Assembly (NCBI GenBank): GCA_045803545.1 | Contig: JBJMOW010000005.1 | Span: 480,001-544,000 of the forward strand | DNA from: Gemmatimonadaceae bacterium | GTDB taxonomy: Bacteria > Gemmatimonadota > Gemmatimonadetes > Gemmatimonadales > Gemmatimonadaceae | Length of the DNA stretch: 64,000 nt | Direction of reading: 5' to 3' | In this document: positions 57,944 to 64,000 of the stretch, piece by piece | How the letters are laid out: every line of letters begins with the position of its first letter | Numbering within the stretch: position 1 is the first letter of the stretch | Position numbers and translations under genes: made by a program | The notes under the pieces: model-generated | Databases searched by the model: none | The model's input: only the letters and a program-made list of their open reading frames with translations | Told to the model about the DNA's origin: nothing

Positions 57944-59743
57944 TCAAGGAATTCGAGCGGTCGCTATTCGGATGTTGTCGACCCACATGGACTGATCGAC
58001 GGGCGACCCATCGCCAATGTAGGGGGCGATCAGGAACTGATTGAACTGAAGGCCTGGATGCGCGGCGGTCCGGAAAAGAATGTCGTGGCGGTCAATGATC
58101 AGGGTACCGTTGAACCAGTACTGCATAACGCCATCGGCCTGGCCGACACCGTTCACTATCGTGTTGAGCTGGAAGTACGCCTCGACAAAGTTCCAGTCGT
58201 TTTTGTAGCCTGGTCCTGGATTGGGCTGGAACACCACCGGCCCGCGAAGCTGTTTGTCGTTGTAGTAATTCGAGCCGTCGTCGAAGCATTCAGACGGCAT
58301 GTTGGTTTCTACCATACCATTGCATCCGCCGGTCGATCGATCCTCGGTGACTCCCACCAAGTTGTGCGGTAGCGCGCCGTAGCTGTAATTGATCGACTTG
58401 TTATCCTGCATCGCCAGGCGCGGGATGCCACCATTCTGATAGTTCTGCTCGACGTACAGGACCATCCACCCGAACGACGGACCATCGTAATCGCCGTCGA
58501 GGGTGCTCATGATCTGAAACTCGTGCGGATGGTAGAGATGGTTCGAACCGACCCAGTTTGCACTGTACTTGACGTAGTAGCTCAAATACACCGAGCTCGT
58601 CGCGGCAAATTTGTGGCGCTGTGAGCCGCCAGTTGTAGGCGTTGTCGCGCCAGGGAGGAAGTGATACTGCGCCGACGCAGTGCTACCGGTGATGTGCTCC
58701 GCCGTTGAGATGACCACGCTCGTGTTGTCGTACCAACCACGCGAAGCGAGGCTCGCGTCCTCGAAATTCTCCTGGAAGAGGAGTGTGCCACCCGGCGGGG
58801 GTGGCGGGGGTGGGGGTGGAGGTGCCGCGTTTACCGTGACAGTAGATGTGCCGGACTTGCCGCCGGTGCTCGCAGTGATCGTAGCTGACCCTGCGGCAAC
58901 ACCAGTCACAACGCCCGCTGATGTTACGGTCGCGACGCTTGGCTTGCCGCTCGACCAGGTAATAGTTTGGCCGCTCATGACGTTGCCCTGAGCGTCTTTG
59001 ACAGTCGCGCTGAGTGTCACAGTGGCGCCGATATCGACTTGTGCGCTGGCCGGCGAAACCGTGACCGTCGTGACTACCGGAGGTGGCGGAGGTGCCTGGG
59101 TTACAGTGAGTGATGCCGTTCCCGACTTGCCTGCACACGTTGCCGTTATGGTTGCTGTCCCTGCGGACACGCCACTCGCAACACCGTTTGCGTTCACGGT
59201 TGCAACAGAGAGAGCGCTGCTAGACCATGTGACGGTTTGGCCCGTCATAACAGAGCCCTGCGCATCCTTGACCGTGGCGCTTAACGCGACCGTCGCTCCT
59301 GTTTGCACCGTTGGTGTGGCCGGCGAAACACTTACTGTCGCTACTGTTTGTGGTGGAGGCGATGGCGCCATCACCTTGACGTGTGCAGTTCCACTTTTGC
59401 CTTTCGTGGACGCACTTATCGTCACGTCTCCAGCCGCCACACCTGCAACGATCCCGGTGGCACTCACTGCTGCAAGCGATTGGTCGCTGCTGGACCAAGA
59501 CAAGGTTTGATCGGTCATGACCGTGCCGCTTTGATCCTTGACTTCCGCGGAGAGCGCGGTAGTTGTGCCCACATCTATCGATGTGGTTGAAGGCGTCACG
59601 TTGATCGTTGTTACGACAGGAGTGGGGTCTGGCGTCGGTTCCGTAGTCGTGCCGCCCGCTTCGCCGCAAACCCACAAAATCGGAAGTGCGAACACCCACG
59701 AGCTTCGGACTACGCGACGAGCAATTGCTCTTGTATTTAACAT
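57944..59743 (-). CDS. Secreted/lipoprotein: 3x Big_2, Pro10 linker, beta-jelly-roll (polysaccharide-lyase-like) domain
   Basis: GGGAG RBS before ATG 59743 and a signal with an atypical lipobox (LWVC). C domain has KYSANWVG, W...E.....NT.....ADG....FNG and VDN motifs. Confidence 0.85.
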   Translation of the reverse strand: MLNTRAIARRVVRSSWVFALPILWVCGEAGGTTTEPTPDPTPVVTTINVTPSTTSIDVGTTTALSAEVKDQSGTVMTDQTLSWSSSDQSLAAVSATGIVAGVAAGDVTISASTKGKSGTAHVKVMAPSPPPQTVATVSVSPATPTVQTGATVALSATVKDAQGSVMTGQTVTWSSSALSVATVNANGVASGVSAGTATITATCAGKSGTASLTVTQAPPPPPVVTTVTVSPASAQVDIGATVTLSATVKDAQGNVMSGQTITWSSGKPSVATVTSAGVVTGVAAGSATITASTGGKSGTSTVTVNAAPPPPPPPPPPGGTLLFQENFEDASLASRGWYDNTSVVISTAEHITGSTASAQYHFLPGATTPTTGGSQRHKFAATSSVYLSYYVKYSANWVGSNHLYHPHEFQIMSTLDGDYDGPSFGWMVLYVEQNYQNGGIPRLAMQDNKSINYSYGALPHNLVGVTEDRSTGGCNGMVETNMPSECFDDGSNYYNDKQLRGPVVFQPNPGPGYKNDWNFVEAYFQLNTIVNGVGQADGVMQYWFNGTLIIDRHDILFRTAAHPGLQFNQFLIAPYIGDGSPVDQSMWVDNIRIATARIP

Positions 59744-59826
59744 GCGAACTCCCGCATTTCGTTCGTAGTGGTGGCGGAAGTGCCGTGACAACAAAATGCC
59801 GCCGCGGCACCGATACCTGTCGGATT

Positions 59827-59910
59827 CGCTGGCGGCTCGGCTGGCGTAGCGTGAGCTTTAGCCCCGTGGCTCTGCGACACCGTCTTTCGACGGCTTTGCT
59901 CTGAGCAGCG
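59827..59910 (-). ncRNA. GEMM-I riboswitch variant with A at the G20-equivalent position (candidate 3',3'-cGAMP sensor)
   Basis: CGCUG-CUCAG-A-GCAAAGCCGUC-GAAA-GACGGUGUCGCAGAGCCACGGGGCUAAAGCUCACGCUACGCCAGCCGAGCCG-C-CAGCG. It has a perfect 5-bp P1, a GAAA tetraloop with receptor, and the A47 and C92 equivalents. Confidence 0.85.
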
Positions 59911-60035
59911 TGCTTACCTATAGTCGGTCCTAACGAGCGACTACGGCTTTCTGTCTGCTGATTCTATATAAATGAGACGCTCAGTTCCTGCACTGGTAAC
60001 GTCATGGCGCTCGTAAACGCAAGTGTGTCCAGCGC

Positions 60036-61319
60036 TTAAGACTCAGAACCCGCTGTGCGGCCGCGAATTCGCACCCCATTAAAATCAGACCAATCATTCG
60101 TCGGCGTACCAAGCTGAAGAGAGGTAGCAACCGAATCGTCCAGCACTGCCCGGCTGTTGCTTTGGTGCGCACCAATTAGTTCAAGCGCCCCGAGTGCGCG
60201 CGCGCCATCGTGCGCGATGATCGCTAACGATCCCGGGATTGCACCCTGGCAGGCAAATCGCGCTGCGCGGGCAGGAATGCCCTCAGCGAGATGATGCTTC
60301 CATATCGGATGCTCACCGTCGAGCAGAGTGACTACATTCTTCCCCGCAAGAATGAGGTATGAGTACGCCAGTGCACCGAGACTTGTCGGAGCCCGCGTTG
60401 ACAGGAATTTCCTCAACTTTCCGGCTCTCCGGTAAAACGTCTGGACAAGGTTCTTTTCCCAGAGAAAACGATACGTGCTCTGGTCGTCCGGCTTAACGAC
60501 AAAGTCGTAATCGTTGTAGCTCGATACCAGGTCGAGAATTGTAACCTCGCGGTATCCAGCATCTTTGAATAGCTGGCGATACCCCGCAATGTCGTACAGG
60601 TATGTGCGATATGGTTTTCTTCGCAGAGCACGTGAAACCACGTTCGCCAGGGGTCGAGGAAGTGCTGGCACGAGTCGAATACCGGTGTGTGTATCGTCCA
60701 TACCGACCAGCGTCTCGAGCGCATAGCGATTCTCGATCGCGACAGCGATGGTTCCACCATCTGAAAGTGTGCGACCCACCTCCTTCAGCATGGAGACTTG
60801 TAGCTCCCGCGGCAGCCCTTCGGCATAGAGTGCCGCCCACTCGAGGACGCCGTTCATTGTCACCAGGTCGAACGCCGCACCTTTGAACGGAAGTGCAAAA
60901 CCGCCGGCCTCAACAAATCGGATGTCGTTGCGTTTGTCCTGCCGCGCGCGAAGACTGCCATACGAGACGCGAGTCCAGAGTGCGTCAACGCCGACGACGA
61001 AGCCGAAGTACTGGGAGAGGCCGAGTGCAAGCGCGCCGAATCCGCAACCCAGATCGAGCGCTTTGCTTTCGGCTGGAAGAGCGCGCAGCAGATGCCAGTT
61101 CCCAACGCGAAAGTTTCGCAACCGGTGCGCGAATTGTTTCCGTTTAATTGCGACTTCATCGAGGACCGGCTCCCAGCCCAGCTGCTTGCTGCGCTCGATG
61201 AATTCATTCAGCTGGGCAACCGGAAGGTCCCCGCCCCACCATTCGCCCTGCGCCTTCGCATCCGTGCGCGCGACGGTCGCGTTGTCGTCACTCACGGGTG
61301 GTGATGTGCGACAGCTCAA
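60036..61319 (-). CDS. Class I SAM-dependent methyltransferase
   Basis: LDLGCGFG, LPF....FDLV..NGVLEW and GG...V..ENR motifs. Confidence 0.88.
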   Translation of the reverse strand: MSCRTSPPVSDDNATVARTDAKAQGEWWGGDLPVAQLNEFIERSKQLGWEPVLDEVAIKRKQFAHRLRNFRVGNWHLLRALPAESKALDLGCGFGALALGLSQYFGFVVGVDALWTRVSYGSLRARQDKRNDIRFVEAGGFALPFKGAAFDLVTMNGVLEWAALYAEGLPRELQVSMLKEVGRTLSDGGTIAVAIENRYALETLVGMDDTHTGIRLVPALPRPLANVVSRALRRKPYRTYLYDIAGYRQLFKDAGYREVTILDLVSSYNDYDFVVKPDDQSTYRFLWEKNLVQTFYRRAGKLRKFLSTRAPTSLGALAYSYLILAGKNVVTLLDGEHPIWKHHLAEGIPARAARFACQGAIPGSLAIIAHDGARALGALELIGAHQSNSRAVLDDSVATSLQLGTPTNDWSDFNGVRIRGRTAGSES

Positions 61320-61403
61320 TGCGCTCTGAGAGCGGAGTTAATTGGTTCGCAGTCATTTTTTTAAAGGAAACGGTGATCTAGGGCTTACAAAAACTGGCTT
61401 AGC

Positions 61404-62594
61404 TCACCCTTGAGCGCGAGCGGTGAAACGCCGAATGCGGCCACCGATGCGACCTGCGATTTCCGACATCGCTGGTACCGGATCAGACCACCGGAAGACG
61501 GGTTGATAGGCACCCGCCCATGAACGCGCCCACTCTGCCAACGTAATTCGACCTGCAGACAACTCAGCCCGGACTGCATCCAGATCGTAGTACGGAAATA
61601 CACAACGACGACCGACGCTGTAACCGGTGATTGTGGGAACCGGCTCGCCTAGAGCATCTCGCACCGCCATATCGCAAACATTCACCCCGCAACGCGCGGC
61701 GAATTCGACGTACCACCACGGCCGGGCGTTTACCTCGATCAGCTTCAGCACTCCATCGCGCGCATCGCGCTTGAACTCCGCGCTGAATATCCCACGATAA
61801 TGGAGGTCCGCGAACAATGTCCGCAGCGTTTGCGGGGCGCCATCGACCTCCGCAACCGGCACGCTCACCATAGCCGTGCTGTTACCGAAATCGGGCGGAT
61901 TCATGCGTAAACGACGGCGCGCGAACAGGGCTCTGGTATCACCGGCCCGATCAACGAATCCGTCGACGAAATAGTGATTCGTTGGTGGTCCCGGCACGTA
62001 CCGCTGCAGCAGCATCTCGAATCCCGCGGCAGTACAAGATGCGAACGTTGTTTCAGCGTTTTCTGCACCAGCGACCATAAAGGCCTTGACACCGAAATGG
62101 GCGAAAAACTGCTGGGAGTGCAACGGCTTGAGAAACGATTGGCTAAGGGTCTCAGCTGAGATTCCGCGCAGACCCTCACCGCGCGAAAGAAAATGTGTCT
62201 CGGGGTGCGGCAGTCCCAGTCGATCGAGCGTCGCGCCAAATCGTGCCTTGTCGACCAGCGTCTCAAGCGAATCCAGAGGTGCAACGCTCGATGGGTATTG
62301 CTCCTTGATATCGGCAGGTAGTGACGCGACCGCGCGTACCCATGAGTCGGAGCACGGCATTACTACCGTTCGCGCAGGCAGCGATTCAAGAAGCCGGGGC
62401 AGATTACCAGCGGTTGCGCCCGCAAATAGAGAAGGCGCCGATCGAAACCAGCGCGATCGCCGTGCCGGACCAATCGCGTCGGGCAAAGTCAGAGCGCGAA
62501 TACCGATGTCTGAGAGCGCCCGCAACACTCCCAACAAGGTGATGCCCGAACCAAGCGCCAGAACTTCTGGTCGCTTCAAAGCTCGCGATTTCAT
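61404..62594 (-). CDS. ATP-grasp ligase (D-aspartate-ligase-like)
   Basis: LG.LRAL, VDK..F, FLKP, LQRYVPG, EFKRD.RDG and IEVNARPW motifs. Confidence 0.88.
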   Translation of the reverse strand: MKSRALKRPEVLALGSGITLLGVLRALSDIGIRALTLPDAIGPARRSRWFRSAPSLFAGATAGNLPRLLESLPARTVVMPCSDSWVRAVASLPADIKEQYPSSVAPLDSLETLVDKARFGATLDRLGLPHPETHFLSRGEGLRGISAETLSQSFLKPLHSQQFFAHFGVKAFMVAGAENAETTFASCTAAGFEMLLQRYVPGPPTNHYFVDGFVDRAGDTRALFARRRLRMNPPDFGNSTAMVSVPVAEVDGAPQTLRTLFADLHYRGIFSAEFKRDARDGVLKLIEVNARPWWYVEFAARCGVNVCDMAVRDALGEPVPTITGYSVGRRCVFPYYDLDAVRAELSAGRITLAEWARSWAGAYQPVFRWSDPVPAMSEIAGRIGGRIRRFTARAQG

Positions 62595-62609
62595 TCGTCG
62601 GCTACCGCC

Positions 62610-63440
62610 TCACTCCTTGTCCAAGCGACGCGCCACGAGCTCGAATCCGAAGTGGTAGGGAGAAAGCAGCCAATTCGAGACCGTGATTCGGCGAAGTCGA
62701 TATGGGTCATCGCCCTTCCTTACTGTCCCACCGTAGGCGGACACACAGCAGCGCAACCCGAGCTCCTTCAGAATCGGCTGATTTTCTGCAGCCATGTTTT
62801 TCACACCACCGAACGGATAGGCGAACAGCCCTGAGTCTTCGCCCAGCTCGGCGAGGAGGCGCTTCATCCCGCCGCCGATTTCTCGTCGGGCGTCGTCGCC
62901 GACGGTCGAACCAAGGTTTACATGAGACACCGTGTGCGAGCCAATCTCATGACCGGCCGCGCGAAGTTGCCGGACTTGGTCCCACGTCATCCACTCGCTC
63001 TCGATGTTCTGATTGCGGTCCCACCACGGCACGTACGTGCTGCCAATAAACGAGGTGGTTACGAAGAAACAAGCCCGCAAGCCGTGCTCTTCAAGGATCG
63101 GCGCAGCGCGTGTCGCGTTGCCCTGATACCCATCATCGAATGTGATTACAAGAGTGCGGGTGAGATCGCCGCCAGACTCGAGGCGGTTGAGCAGCTCTGT
63201 TAACGACAGCACTTCGAAGTATCGGGCGAAGAAGCGAACGTAGGCTTCAAACACCGTGCTGCTACAAGTAATCGGGTCGTGCGGATACGCGTCGTTGACG
63301 CGGTGGAAAACAACGATGACCGCCTCGTTTTTCCACAGTCGTCGGTAGAAATGGCTGGCGAAAAGCGCCCAGCCCACCGCTCCTTTGACTTGACGAGATA
63401 CCCAGCTTAGAGGTTGTCGAATCTTTAAGCGCTTACGCAT
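62610..63440 (-). CDS. Polysaccharide deacetylase (CE4/NodB)
   Basis: FHRV, ITFDDGY, MTWDQV, GSHTVSH and FAYPFG motifs. Confidence 0.93.
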   Translation of the reverse strand: MRKRLKIRQPLSWVSRQVKGAVGWALFASHFYRRLWKNEAVIVVFHRVNDAYPHDPITCSSTVFEAYVRFFARYFEVLSLTELLNRLESGGDLTRTLVITFDDGYQGNATRAAPILEEHGLRACFFVTTSFIGSTYVPWWDRNQNIESEWMTWDQVRQLRAAGHEIGSHTVSHVNLGSTVGDDARREIGGGMKRLLAELGEDSGLFAYPFGGVKNMAAENQPILKELGLRCCVSAYGGTVRKGDDPYRLRRITVSNWLLSPYHFGFELVARRLDKE

Positions 63441-64000
63441 TAAGCAATCGTACGTATCGGACGAGCAGCGACGGGCGTTGAGATATTTTTTCCCTTAAAA
63501 AAAAATTGCGACCGAGTGCGATAGTCGCGGTAACAGCGTTTTAGCTGCCCAAAAATATGCCCTATGTAGCCCTCCAACAGGGACAGTCTGGTGGCCGGGC
63601 TCGCAACCTGTCAGAATCCTGACATCTCGGCGGGCCTTCCCGGCGATCCTCAACTCACGACTCACGTTCTTTTTCGGGAACGTGTTTGGGAGAGCGTGGG
63701 AACCGTCCACACACCGGGGCAACTACTGACCTCTGTGGGTCAACTACCACAGACTTGGGGCAACACCGCGACAAACACCCGAATGCGAAACCGCAGACCC
63801 TTTGTTGAAAAGGCGCAAACCGCTATCCCCGTTCACCTTAGCAAACGCTGCCGGCCATGCGCAGGGGGAATGGAAGATGCTTCCCCGCGTGGTCAACTGC
63901 GCGGAGGCGGCACAAAGACGCCGACATGCACCCGCCGCATAACGGGCTAACCCGCCCGGAGGCCCACGAGACCGTGATGTCGACAGCGTACGAACTTCTC

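Noticed and set aside
61362..61387. Possible further TAA...TTA palindrome copy
   Set aside because: The spacing is one base longer than the other copies and both half-sites are degenerate.

Overview
The whole window is one large surface-polysaccharide (EPS/capsule) locus from a GC-rich bacterium. The gene content and the style of the Ig-repeat lipoproteins suggest Gemmatimonadota, but this is inference. It encodes Wzc/Wza/priming-transferase/Wzy-like export and polymerisation genes, a Wzm/Wzt ABC pair, eight glycosyltransferases, five deacetylase-type enzymes, two ATP-grasp ligases, a FemAB-like protein, and a split nucleotide-sugar cassette (RfbF, SDR, RmlC, C-methyltransferase, DUF4910, PIG-L, class III aminotransferase, pyruvyl transferase). 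Five Big_2 (Ig-like group 2) repeat proteins with lipoprotein-type signals are embedded in the locus. Three carry the same GH-A-like TIM-barrel head on 1, 5 and 43 Ig repeats. The 4355-aa giant also has a ZU5-like domain with an HFS motif that may self-cleave. The other two carry a polysaccharide-lyase-like jelly-roll head behind an exact Pro10 linker, and each lies directly behind a GEMM-I riboswitch. One riboswitch has the canonical c-di-GMP G20; the other has A20, the signature of 3',3'-cGAMP-sensing variants. Intergenic regions contain several sigma-54-like -24/-12 elements and two recurrent palindromes. I found no CRISPR, tRNA, rRNA or mobile element. All family assignments come from motif recognition by eye; no database searches were run.
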